NCBI GenBank assembly: GCA_043725085.1
Contig: JAYSLY010000014.1
Span: forward strand, 2,748 to 66,747
DNA: 64,000 nucleotides
Reading direction: 5' to 3'
Source of the DNA: a bacterium
Lineage (GTDB): Bacteria; Patescibacteriota; Minisyncoccia; Moranbacterales; UBA2206
Positions within the stretch are counted from its first letter, which is position 1; each line of letters starts with the position of its first letter. The translations under genes and the position numbers were made by a program. Under the pieces are notes generated by a model. The model saw only the letters and a list, made by a program, of their open reading frames with translations. It was not told the origin of the DNA and made no database searches. This document shows, piece by piece, positions 52,087 through 60,406 of this stretch.

Positions 52087-52215
52087 TTTCGGGGCGACGA
52101 ACGCAAACCCATCGTCATCGTTCCACCTGTTGTCAGGCCTGTCATACGCAGTGTTCAACCACCGACCATCATCGTTGCGGTTGGCGTTGAGCAGGTTCGG
52201 ATCGCCGTCAGTTTT
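52087..52215 (-). ncRNA. DGR template repeat (TR)
   Basis: AAC/GAC-rich copy of the VR; carries A at every substituted position. Confidence 0.93.
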
Positions 52216-52475
52216 GCGCGATATGCCTTCCTTGCCACTGCCCGTTGAATACTCTCCGGGCTGAATCGAATTCCGCATCTTAAATGCGCTAGCATACCAC
52301 ACCAAGTATCTTCATTTTTTTGAAGTTTCTGCATACGCCACTTTATCCGAAACCGTGATCGCGGATAATCTCGACGTATGGATACTGGATTCGGAAGCGG
52401 GAAACCTACCTACCGGCAGGCAGGCGTGATCGCCCGCATTCTTCCCTACTACCTTTTTTATTTTACCAAATTTAA

Positions 52476-52506
52476 GAGCCTTGTGCGAGAATTCAACACA
52501 AGGCTC
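52476..52506. other. Perfect 10-bp stem hairpin downstream of the VR
   Basis: GAGCCTTGTG-N11-CACAAGGCTC. Confidence 0.75.
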
Positions 52507-52534
52507 CGTTTTTAATTTTTTAGGACTGAGTTTT

Positions 52535-52550
52535 TGAGGACTAGTCCTCA
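52535..52550. other. Perfect 16-bp palindrome at the end of the target gene
   Basis: TGAGGACTAGTCCTCA. Confidence 0.75.
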
Positions 52551-53216
52551 GTAGCTGAGTCCTGAGCACTGACTTGCGGGGCGACGAACGCAAAACCCAA
52601 CGTCACCGCACCACCTGTAGTCAGGCCTGTCAAACGCAGAGTCCAACCACCGACCACCATCGCGGCGGTAGGCGCTGAGCAGGCGCGGATCGCCGTCAGA
52701 ATCTTTGATGGGCTCGTGCATTACCACGACCCACCAGAGACCCATCGCTTCGATTTCCTCATCCGCGAATTTCTCCCGGATAAGACAGGCTACTTCGGCA
52801 TTCGGCTTCTCGAGCTTCCGCTCATCGGCTTCGGCGCGAATGTTCTTGGTAATGCGATCGCTATCTTTCCACAGATTGCCCTTGAGGACAATGATGTGGT
52901 AGGACACTCCATTCGTCGGCTTGAAGTCTCCCGACATAAGGACGCTCTTCGCGTAATCACCGACTCTGAAACCCTTCTTCTCGAGTCTTTTGATCCACTC
53001 GAGTCCGGTCGTTCCGTCGGAAGTCATGATACCGAGATCGATCACGCCGTCTTGTTCCTTCCATGAGCGCACGACTTCAGAAACGATCCATTCTTTGGAA
53101 TTGATCCTGCGAACAGCTTCGTTCGCGTCGGCGATTCCCATCTGACTCATGATGGTTTTCACCATCGCATTGAGTTTTCCCGGCATAACTTCCGCAATTG
53201 CAAATCCGTCTGACAT
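52548..53216 (-). CDS. DGR target protein with C-terminal variable region (probable CLec-like fold)
   Basis: VR at the 3' end; AAGGAGGT Shine-Dalgarno; no signal peptide or TM. Confidence 0.9.
   Translation of the reverse strand: MSDGFAIAEVMPGKLNAMVKTIMSQMGIADANEAVRRINSKEWIVSEVVRSWKEQDGVIDLGIMTSDGTTGLEWIKRLEKKGFRVGDYAKSVLMSGDFKPTNGVSYHIIVLKGNLWKDSDRITKNIRAEADERKLEKPNAEVACLIREKFADEEIEAMGLWWVVVMHEPIKDSDGDPRLLSAYRRDGGRWLDSAFDRPDYRWCGDVGFCVRRPASQCSGLSY
52574..52703 (-). repeat. DGR variable repeat (VR)
   Basis: Core 52577-52699 vs TR 52090-52211: 15 substitutions, all at TR adenines, plus one 1-nt insertion. Confidence 0.93.
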
Positions 53217-53379
53217 AATAACCTCCTTGCGCTAAGTCGCGCAGTTTTATTTTCCTCTTATCCGAGGAAGGAGCCATGTCCACCCATTTGGTCATAGCCA
53301 AGAAATGCCATTCTATGGAATTTTTTGGCTACGACCAATGCAAGTCAATTAAAAAGAGCTTTCCGAAACTGAATAAGTA

Positions 53380-53407
53380 AGTATACACTAAATCGCTGTT
53401 TTGTCAA
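53380..53407 (-). promoter_or_regulatory. Sigma70-type promoter upstream of the DGR target gene
   Basis: TTGACA-16 nt-TATACT. Confidence 0.65.
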
Positions 53408-53469
53408 TGTTTTCACAATTAAATGGCTAGAACAAGCCATTTTTAGAACAATTTAGGTAAATTCTTGCG

Positions 53470-53697
53470 TTATTTTTCATCATCCACATCCACCATCTTC
53501 CTCCTCGCCGTTTTTCCGCCGACAATCGTCACGGCGGATTTTGGCACGCCAAAAAATTTCGCCACAAGCTCAATGAGTGCTTCATTGGCTTTGCCGTCCA
53601 CTGGTGGAGCGTTTAGCCAAGCGCGATATTCCCCTTCGCTGATTTTTTCCAGTCTGTTTTGCGAAGAGCGCGGAATAACTTTAAGATAAATACGCAT
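53470..53697 (-). CDS. DUF167/YggU family protein
   Basis: KVIPRS, APPVDGKANEAL, G.TAR.K. Confidence 0.88.
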   Translation of the reverse strand: MRIYLKVIPRSSQNRLEKISEGEYRAWLNAPPVDGKANEALIELVAKFFGVPKSAVTIVGGKTARRKMVDVDDEK

Positions 53698-53979
53698 CTA
53701 AATTTTCAGATCGGAAAACTCACGCAAAGTTTTTAGCGTCGCCTCCACTGTCACATTTTCCGTGTTGAGCAATTGGACGTTTTTGAACCGCTTAGCCAAT
53801 TTTGTCACCACCTCATCCGCCCAAGATGGCGTCAACACCTTAACGCCAGAAAAGTCAATTTCTATCTCCTCATTTTCGTTAAGATCTTTTAAGTTATAAG
53901 CAGACATCGCCAAAAACGCTTCCCTTCCCGCAGGACGAGAAATTAACACTTCGCCAAATTTTTTTAGTTCAATGCGCAT
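53698..53979 (-). CDS. STAS-like (DUF4325) protein
   Basis: LISRPAG, IDFSGV..LTPSWADE; start placed at MRIE. Confidence 0.75.
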   Translation of the reverse strand: MRIELKKFGEVLISRPAGREAFLAMSAYNLKDLNENEEIEIDFSGVKVLTPSWADEVVTKLAKRFKNVQLLNTENVTVEATLKTLREFSDLKI

Positions 53980-53995
53980 AATAATGCAAGACTTT

Positions 53996-54213
53996 ATAAT
54001 GTTATAACTGCCAAGCAACCTTGAATGTTTTCCGGATTTTTTTCTATCAGCATTTTTTCATTCAGCTCCGCCTTGCCTGTCCCTGAAATAAAAGTTAGAT
54101 GCATTTTTTTAGCTTTTATATTTTCTCTTACAAATTTTAGTCCATTTCCTCTTGACTCAGGCGCCCTTCCTGAAATTCTTTCAGTAAAAGCGGTTTAGCA
54201 AATCATTTTCCAT
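53996..54213 (-). pseudogene. Internally deleted HATPase-like gene remnant
   Basis: Frame reads AFTERISGRAPESRGNGLKFV...GCLAVITL*; the upstream ATG (MENDLLNRFY*) is out of frame. Confidence 0.65.
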
Positions 54214-54263
54214 ACCTGCAGTCTAACAAAAATGCGCTCCATCGTCAAAGAAAAACAAATCGC

Positions 54264-55130
54264 CTAATCTGCTTCGATTTTTTTAGCAAAAATAGCATTT
54301 TTTAGTTTCAGCAGAAGCGCCAGCGCAAGCATACCAGCCAAATATAAATTTAACCCGAGAAAAATTTCTCGCGCCAAACCGGTTTTGAGATCCGTGCCTA
54401 GATAGTAAGCGTGAAAAAAAGCCACGGCATAAAGCGCAATATTCAAAAAATGGGTAATACGCCAAACGCGATAAGTTAGATATTTGCGAAAATAGGAAGT
54501 CAAAATGAGCGCCAGCATCAGATACATCCCCAAAACTCCCAACGTAACGAGTTCAGGTTTGTATGTTGAAGCAAGCGGCACAAAAATATCTTTGAGACTA
54601 AAGTTAAGATATTTGTCGGTTAAAAGAACCAACGAATGAATGAAAACAAAAATAAGCGCTTGAACGGAAATCCAACGATGCAGCTCATATGAATAAATCG
54701 GCTCTAGCATCTTTTTGAGCCAAGGAAAACTGATCGCTATTCCAAAAAAGATTGAAAGATAGAGCAGAAAAAATGAAATCAAGCCGCCGGCACGCGAAAG
54801 GTACCACGACCATAATTCTTTTTCTTGCTCAGGATATTGCAAAACCGTAATATTTTTTACCGCGCTTGGGTCATTCGGATCTAGCGGATTGGTTCCCGCT
54901 TTTACCTCCGCGCCGTCCATCATTCCATCACCGTCTGTGTCAGGATTGTTCGGGTTGGTATGATAGATTTGTTTTTCGCCTTCATCAGTGAGACCATCCA
55001 GGTCGCTGTCTAGAATTGGATTATTTCCATAATCAACCGTTTTTGGCGCTTCTGCCGCTAGCGCCACGCCAAAACGCGAACCTAAGAGAATTATTGCGAT
55101 AATAAATGCGATTTTTTTCATTAGTTTCAT
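54264..55130 (-). CDS. Ferric-reductase-like (MsrQ-type) cytochrome b with N-terminal DxDxDG Ca-binding repeats
   Basis: DSDLDGLTD, DTDGDG; SRAGG, LHR, H, WRITH, H, GTD heme-His pattern. Confidence 0.8.
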   Translation of the reverse strand: MKLMKKIAFIIAIILLGSRFGVALAAEAPKTVDYGNNPILDSDLDGLTDEGEKQIYHTNPNNPDTDGDGMMDGAEVKAGTNPLDPNDPSAVKNITVLQYPEQEKELWSWYLSRAGGLISFFLLYLSIFFGIAISFPWLKKMLEPIYSYELHRWISVQALIFVFIHSLVLLTDKYLNFSLKDIFVPLASTYKPELVTLGVLGMYLMLALILTSYFRKYLTYRVWRITHFLNIALYAVAFFHAYYLGTDLKTGLAREIFLGLNLYLAGMLALALLLKLKNAIFAKKIEAD

Positions 55131-55275
55131 AGCTTACGCGTTTACCCGAGTCAACCGTATTGGCTAAAAAAATCCTGTTTGAGCATGCCTTTTTTCTTTA
55201 AAATTTTCCATTGGTTGCCGTCGAGGGAGGGGAAATTTTAAAAAAGAAAAAAGAGTGTGCGAGTTATTTTTTTAG

Positions 55276-56241
55276 TCAATGCGGTTGTGAGGTGCAATGC
55301 GTAACTCCTAAGTTTTTTGAAAAATTATTTTTAATCTCTTTTGAAACCCAAGCGTTCCCTCGATAATCCAAAAAAATGCTTTTGAGCTTTCTCTCCTCGG
55401 ACAATTTTTGACCTTTTTCTTTGCCTAAGATAAATAATACTTTGGCCCAAAAATCTGCTTCAATCGCATTTTTTGCAACAACTGTAACGGATTGCAAATC
55501 GAAAGAAAAATTTTCAGGACTTTTTGGATTGATCAAATGATGAAATCTTTTTTCTCCTCGCTCCCATTTGCGTTTGCCAATTCCGGATGTCACAATTGCT
55601 TCATCTTTTAGTATAACGAGGATTTTTTCCTGCGCAATGCCTTCCACATCAACTCGATAGTTTTCTCCATTTTTATCCTTGCCGATTGCCAAAATATCCC
55701 CACCGGAATCAAGCAAAAAATTTTCCCCTCCCGCCTGTTTCAAAATTTCTCCCACCGTGTCAGTGATATACCCTTTGGCAATCCCGGCAAAATCCATCCG
55801 CTCTCTAAACATAATTTTACCACCGCGAACAACCAAATCCTTTTCTAGACTTTGCGTGCTCGTCGCAGGGAAAATTCTTTCGTGATGAGGTATGACCTTA
55901 GTCTCTTTGAAATCCTTGTCATATCCGATCCATTCTAACACTCCGATAATCCGCGGGTCAAACAGGCCTTCGCTCAGTTTGTGGTAATATAGAATTTTTT
56001 CTGTTAGCGCCAAAAAATGCGCTGAAGCCGGAAGAAATTTTCCCAAATTATTATTAAAATAATTCAACTCGCTATTTTCATCAAAGCGGCTAAAAGTTTT
56101 TTCGGCTTGTCGATAAAAATCCACCACTGCTTCCAAGTCCTTTTTGGCTTTTTCTTTTCGACTTTCAGCGCAGACTAATTGCAAATAAACGTCCGTCCCC
56201 AAAGCCTTAAATTCTTTTTCCACCGCTTCCAACTTTTCCAT
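55276..56241 (-). CDS. apbE: FAD:protein FMN transferase
   Basis: ALGT, FSRF...SEL, FDP, GIAKGY, GGD, TSG, HHLINP; start placed at MEKL. Confidence 0.9.
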   Translation of the reverse strand: MEKLEAVEKEFKALGTDVYLQLVCAESRKEKAKKDLEAVVDFYRQAEKTFSRFDENSELNYFNNNLGKFLPASAHFLALTEKILYYHKLSEGLFDPRIIGVLEWIGYDKDFKETKVIPHHERIFPATSTQSLEKDLVVRGGKIMFRERMDFAGIAKGYITDTVGEILKQAGGENFLLDSGGDILAIGKDKNGENYRVDVEGIAQEKILVILKDEAIVTSGIGKRKWERGEKRFHHLINPKSPENFSFDLQSVTVVAKNAIEADFWAKVLFILGKEKGQKLSEERKLKSIFLDYRGNAWVSKEIKNNFSKNLGVTHCTSQPH

Positions 56242-56245
56242 TTGC

Positions 56246-56581
56246 TTATTTTTCAAATTGATCAACAATCCCGTTTTTATTATCATCCACCACAATATAT
56301 ATCTCAGGAATATTCGGGTGCGGATCATTTCCGTCCAACAGTCCGTCCCCATCGCTGTCTTTTTGGACTGTGGTTTTCGTGACCACATCCGTTGTTACTT
56401 TTGTCTCGGTTTTGGTCGATCCGCTGCCGGAACTGGAGGAGTTTGCGCTGGTTGATTTGGTCACCGTAGGTTGATCTTCTTTACCCACCTCATTATCATC
56501 CGCCAAAATAAATCTTACCGCAATCAGAGAAGTTACTCCAGCTAAGAAAAGTATTAAATAAAATTTAATATTTTTTTGCAT
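56246..56581 (-). CDS. Exported Ser/Thr-rich protein with DSDGDG motif
   Basis: N-terminal TM/signal, S/T linker, DSDGDGLLD.NDPHP, DDNKNGIVD. Confidence 0.7.
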   Translation of the reverse strand: MQKNIKFYLILFLAGVTSLIAVRFILADDNEVGKEDQPTVTKSTSANSSSSGSGSTKTETKVTTDVVTKTTVQKDSDGDGLLDGNDPHPNIPEIYIVVDDNKNGIVDQFEK

Positions 56582-56585
56582 ATAT

Positions 56586-56921
56586 TTATGATTTTTTTGT
56601 TGTACGACTGCTAGATTTGCTCGAGCTGCTTGATGAATTTGTCGAAGTTGGTTTGGTCACTGCCGTCGTAGTTGTTGTTGTCACTTGCTGTGTTTTTAGG
56701 GCCTGCGGGGTATTATTCAGTTGACGCAATTTATTTTCCCGATCAGTCGAGATCATATTTTGGGCATCGAGCACCTTTTGGTCAATCGGGGCAAGAATCG
56801 ATTCTGTGCTAGTTTCAGTCGCCAAGTTTTTCCGATCTTGTTCTTTGATTATCAAAACAGCAACCACCATCAGTAAAATATTAACAACAAAGATCAGAAC
56901 CTTATGAAGATGTTTTTGCAT
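56586..56921 (-). CDS. Membrane-anchored protein with Thr/Ser-rich C-terminal tail
   Basis: N-terminal TM; ends TTTTTTAV...SSSRTTKKS. Confidence 0.7.
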   Translation of the reverse strand: MQKHLHKVLIFVVNILLMVVAVLIIKEQDRKNLATETSTESILAPIDQKVLDAQNMISTDRENKLRQLNNTPQALKTQQVTTTTTTAVTKPTSTNSSSSSSKSSSRTTKKS

Positions 56922-57067
56922 AATTTATTTCAATTAGCCAATTAAACCAAGGTTTCGTGAATTATACCCCCGGCTCGTAAACTTGTAAACGCGCGCGCAG
57001 TACTCGATTAGAAACGCAATTTACCACAGCTTATTATTTCATTATAAAGACACCCTTTATGGCGTCT

Positions 57068-57772
57068 TTATCTGCGGATTCCCATTTCCTCGAAGTTTTT
57101 TTCAATCGACTTTTTAATTTTTTCCAAATCAATCTTTTTGCCTTTAGTTTTCTTTTTTAAGTTCTTATCCAAAATCACATCTTCGCGATATTCCTGGAGA
57201 TAATAGGCACGTGAGCCCGAGAGCCATTTGGCAATTTCCAAAAAATCTTTTTCCGTGTGGATTCCCGGCACAACCGTGGTGCGAAATTCATAGGACAGAC
57301 GACTGTTTCTGATGAGCTCCACGCTAAGTTTTATGCGCTCCGTGTCCACTTTCACGCCCACCGTTTCGCTGTAACGCGCAAGTTGATTTTTAATATCCAT
57401 CGCCACAAAATCCAGCAGTTTCAAATCCAAGAGTTTTTTCAAAATATCCGGCCGCGCCCCATTCGTGTCAAGCTTAATTCGAAATCCCAATGCACGGACT
57501 TTCTTTATGAAATCAATAAGATCCGGCTGCAAAGTCGGCTCCCCTCCTGTGATGCAAACGCCTTCCAATTTTCCCTTTCGCTTTTTGAGAAATTCAAAAA
57601 ATTCCTGTTCCGTTTTATTTTCCGTTCCTGAAGCAATTTGACCCGCACCCAAAACTAATTCCGGGTTATGACAAAATGGGCAACGAAAATTACAACCCAC
57701 AGTAAAAACAGTGGCCGCCAGAGTTCCCGGAAAGTCAATTAAAGTTAATTTTTGATAGCCGCCGATGTTCAT
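57068..57772 (-). CDS. nrdG: Anaerobic RNR activating radical SAM enzyme
   Basis: GCNFRCPFCHNP, TGGEP, LDTNG, EFRTT; downstream of nrdD. Confidence 0.9.
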   Translation of the reverse strand: MNIGGYQKLTLIDFPGTLAATVFTVGCNFRCPFCHNPELVLGAGQIASGTENKTEQEFFEFLKKRKGKLEGVCITGGEPTLQPDLIDFIKKVRALGFRIKLDTNGARPDILKKLLDLKLLDFVAMDIKNQLARYSETVGVKVDTERIKLSVELIRNSRLSYEFRTTVVPGIHTEKDFLEIAKWLSGSRAYYLQEYREDVILDKNLKKKTKGKKIDLEKIKKSIEKNFEEMGIRR

Positions 57773-57832
57773 GAGTTAAAATTCAGGGCAATCCCGTCAA
57801 AAAAACAAGATTGCCCCACTATCTTTCTTTAT

Positions 57833-58096
57833 TTAGCAAACGCAGGTTGCATCCCCTAGCTTGAATTCCTTGCGATCAGAAAATTCTGCCTGTTTGCCTC
57901 CGTTCCATTGCGCGACTGGACGAATGTAACCCACGACGCGCGAATAGACTTCCGTTCTTTGAAAATTGCGAAGAACCGGATCTGCCTCGTGACAACTCTT
58001 ACATTTGCAAAACTCACCGCTTTCGGAAGCATAATTCATAAATTCTTCGTTCATCTTGAGCTCTCGGCCACAGTCGTGGCATATTTGTTTTTGCAT
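57833..58096 (-). CDS. Small stand-alone NrdD glycyl-radical domain protein
   Basis: CxxC..CxCxxC plus TEVYSRVVGYIRPV, identical to the NrdD C-terminus. Confidence 0.8.
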   Translation of the reverse strand: MQKQICHDCGRELKMNEEFMNYASESGEFCKCKSCHEADPVLRNFQRTEVYSRVVGYIRPVAQWNGGKQAEFSDRKEFKLGDATCVC

Positions 58097-58133
58097 ATTG
58101 TTTTTATTATTGATTATTTTATTTTAAATTTAA

Positions 58134-60365
58134 CTAGTTTTTATTGTTCTCCACCTTAAACTCCTTACGATCGTCAAATTCTGCCTGTTTCCCTCCGTTC
58201 CATTGTGCGACTGGGCGGATATAGCCCACAACACGGGAATAGACTTCGGTTTTTTGTTCCATCACGCATTTCGGACAAAATGGATGCTCGCCGTTGATGT
58301 AGCCATGCACCGGGCAAATGCTGAAAGTTGGCGTGAGCGTGAAATACGGTAAAGAATAATTTTCAGCAATTTTTCGCACTAACTGTTTGGTTGTTTCAAT
58401 GTCCCAAATTCGCTCCCCCAAAAATCCATGCAAAACTGTCCCCCCTGTATACTTCGTTTGCAATTTGTCTTGCAAATCAAGCGCTTCAAAAATATCTTCA
58501 GTATGATGCACCGGCAGCTGCGACGAATTGGTATAATACGGCTCAGCATTTTTCTCTTTAACATTCTGATCGTTGGCAAAAATAATTTCCGGATATTTTT
58601 TGCGATCAATTCTGGCCAGGCGGTAGGATGTGCCTTCGGCCGGCGTAGCTTCCAGGTTGTAGAGATTGCCAGTTTCTTTTTGATATCCGATAATTCTTTG
58701 GCGCATGTGCGAGAGAATTTCTTCGGCCAATTTCTGTCCCGCTTGAGTTGTGATATCTTTACCGATTAGATTCACTAGCGCTTCATTCATCCCCACAAGA
58801 CCAATGGTTGAGAAATGATTGGCCCAATACTGCCCGCGACGCATCTTGATTGGAGCAAGATAGAATTTAGTGTAGGGATAGAGTCCGCCTTCAGTCAGTT
58901 TTTCCACCATCGTTCTTTTGGTTTCCAAACTTTCCCTCGCTAAATCCATGAGGTGGTTTAGTTGTTTTAGGAATTCTTTTTTATTCTTCGCCACATGTCC
59001 CACGCGCGGCATGTTAATTGTTACCACACCGACTGAGCCGGTGAGCGGATTGGCCCCAAACAGTCCGCCGCCACGCTTGTGAAGTTCGCGATTATCCAAA
59101 CGCAGCCGGCAACACATTGAGCGCGCATCATCCGGATCCATGTCAGAATTCACGAAATTAGCAAAGTATGGGATGCCATATTTAGCCGTCATTTCCCAAA
59201 TCGCGTCAAACCGCCTGTCCGTCCAATCAAAATCCTTGCCAATGTTATAGGTCGGAATCGGAAAAGTGAAAATTCGCCCATTCGCATCCCCCTCTGTCAT
59301 CACTTCCGCAAAAGCGCGGTTAATCATATTCATCTCTTCTTGAAATTCACCATAGGTTTCCTTTTGAGGAAAACCGCCAAAAATCACCGCTTCGTTTTTG
59401 AGATTCTTGGGACAAGTAATGTCCATCGTAATATTGGAAAATGGCGTTTGAAATCCCACGCGAGTAGAAACATTCATATTGAACACGTAGGACTGAATTT
59501 CTTGTTTCACTTGATCATAGGTCAATTTGTCATAGCGAATGAAAGGAGCCAGTAGTGTGTCAAAATTGGAAAATGCTTGCGCGCCAGCCACTTCGCCCTG
59601 GGTTGTGTATGTGAAATTCACCATCTGTCCCAAAATTGAACCCAAATGTTTGGCCGGTTTGCAGGCCACTTTTCCCGGCACGCCAGTGAAACCACGCCTG
59701 AGCAGATCTTGCAGATCCCAACCGCAACAATAGGCGGCGAGGAGTTGCAAATCGTGGATGTGAAAATCTCCGCCTTCATGCGCTTCGCGAATCTCTTTCG
59801 TGTACACCCGATTCATCCAATATTTCGAACTGACGATTGATGAAATATAGTTATTCAAACCCTGGAGAGAATAGGCCATATTGGCATTTTCTTTCACCTT
59901 CCAATCAATTTCTTGAATATATTTATCCACCAAATTAACTGCTTCGTCCAGCGATTCTTGCGCCTCACGATTTTTTCTGTGCTGTTCGCGATAAAGTATA
60001 TAGGCCTTAGCCGTTTCTTCAAAATCCAAAATCATGAGCACTCTTTCCACAAGATCTTGAATCTCTTCAATTTCCGGCACATAACCTTCTTTGTGTTTTC
60101 TCCCCAAGAGCTTTACTACTTTTTCAGTTACTTTTTTAGCATCATCCAAAGTGCCTTCTTTGGTTGAAGTGAGAGCCTTAGCCACACCTTTTGCAATCTT
60201 GCTCTCGTCGAAATTTGCAATAACGCCATTGCGCTTGATAACTTTTTTAATTTTGATTTCGTCTTTCTTTACTTCTTTTTTTACGATTCTAACTACCGCT
60301 TTCTTAGCAGCCTTCGCTTTTTTTGCACCATTCCCCTTTCCCCCTTTTTTCATTTTTGTTTTCAT
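58134..60365 (-). CDS. nrdD: Class III (anaerobic) ribonucleoside-triphosphate reductase with ATP cone
   Basis: VIKRNG ATP cone, HIHDL, RSMCCRL, EATPAE, CPVH..CPKC, YSRVVGY. Confidence 0.95.
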   Translation of the reverse strand: MKTKMKKGGKGNGAKKAKAAKKAVVRIVKKEVKKDEIKIKKVIKRNGVIANFDESKIAKGVAKALTSTKEGTLDDAKKVTEKVVKLLGRKHKEGYVPEIEEIQDLVERVLMILDFEETAKAYILYREQHRKNREAQESLDEAVNLVDKYIQEIDWKVKENANMAYSLQGLNNYISSIVSSKYWMNRVYTKEIREAHEGGDFHIHDLQLLAAYCCGWDLQDLLRRGFTGVPGKVACKPAKHLGSILGQMVNFTYTTQGEVAGAQAFSNFDTLLAPFIRYDKLTYDQVKQEIQSYVFNMNVSTRVGFQTPFSNITMDITCPKNLKNEAVIFGGFPQKETYGEFQEEMNMINRAFAEVMTEGDANGRIFTFPIPTYNIGKDFDWTDRRFDAIWEMTAKYGIPYFANFVNSDMDPDDARSMCCRLRLDNRELHKRGGGLFGANPLTGSVGVVTINMPRVGHVAKNKKEFLKQLNHLMDLARESLETKRTMVEKLTEGGLYPYTKFYLAPIKMRRGQYWANHFSTIGLVGMNEALVNLIGKDITTQAGQKLAEEILSHMRQRIIGYQKETGNLYNLEATPAEGTSYRLARIDRKKYPEIIFANDQNVKEKNAEPYYTNSSQLPVHHTEDIFEALDLQDKLQTKYTGGTVLHGFLGERIWDIETTKQLVRKIAENYSLPYFTLTPTFSICPVHGYINGEHPFCPKCVMEQKTEVYSRVVGYIRPVAQWNGGKQAEFDDRKEFKVENNKN

Positions 60366-60406
60366 ACGGTTTTTGTTTATCCCCCGACAATTTAATTAAA
60401 AAATTT

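Larger units (their letters stand above)
50673..53407 (-). mobile_element. Diversity-generating retroelement (target+VR, hairpins, TR, antisense avd, RT)
   Basis: RT, Avd and a TR/VR pair with adenine-specific mismatches are all present. Confidence 0.95.

Noticed and set aside
51765-52305. Minus-strand ORFs 52057..52305 and 51765..52145 as proteins or a second target
   Set aside because: They are translations of the TR and of the avd antisense strand; the TR holds the adenine-rich ancestral state
52312-52593. 93-aa ORF downstream of the target gene
   Set aside because: Runs across hairpins and a palindrome, with no recognisable protein features
57860-58250. nrdD tail duplication as a second TR/VR pair
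   Set aside because: Differences are synonymous and not adenine-specific
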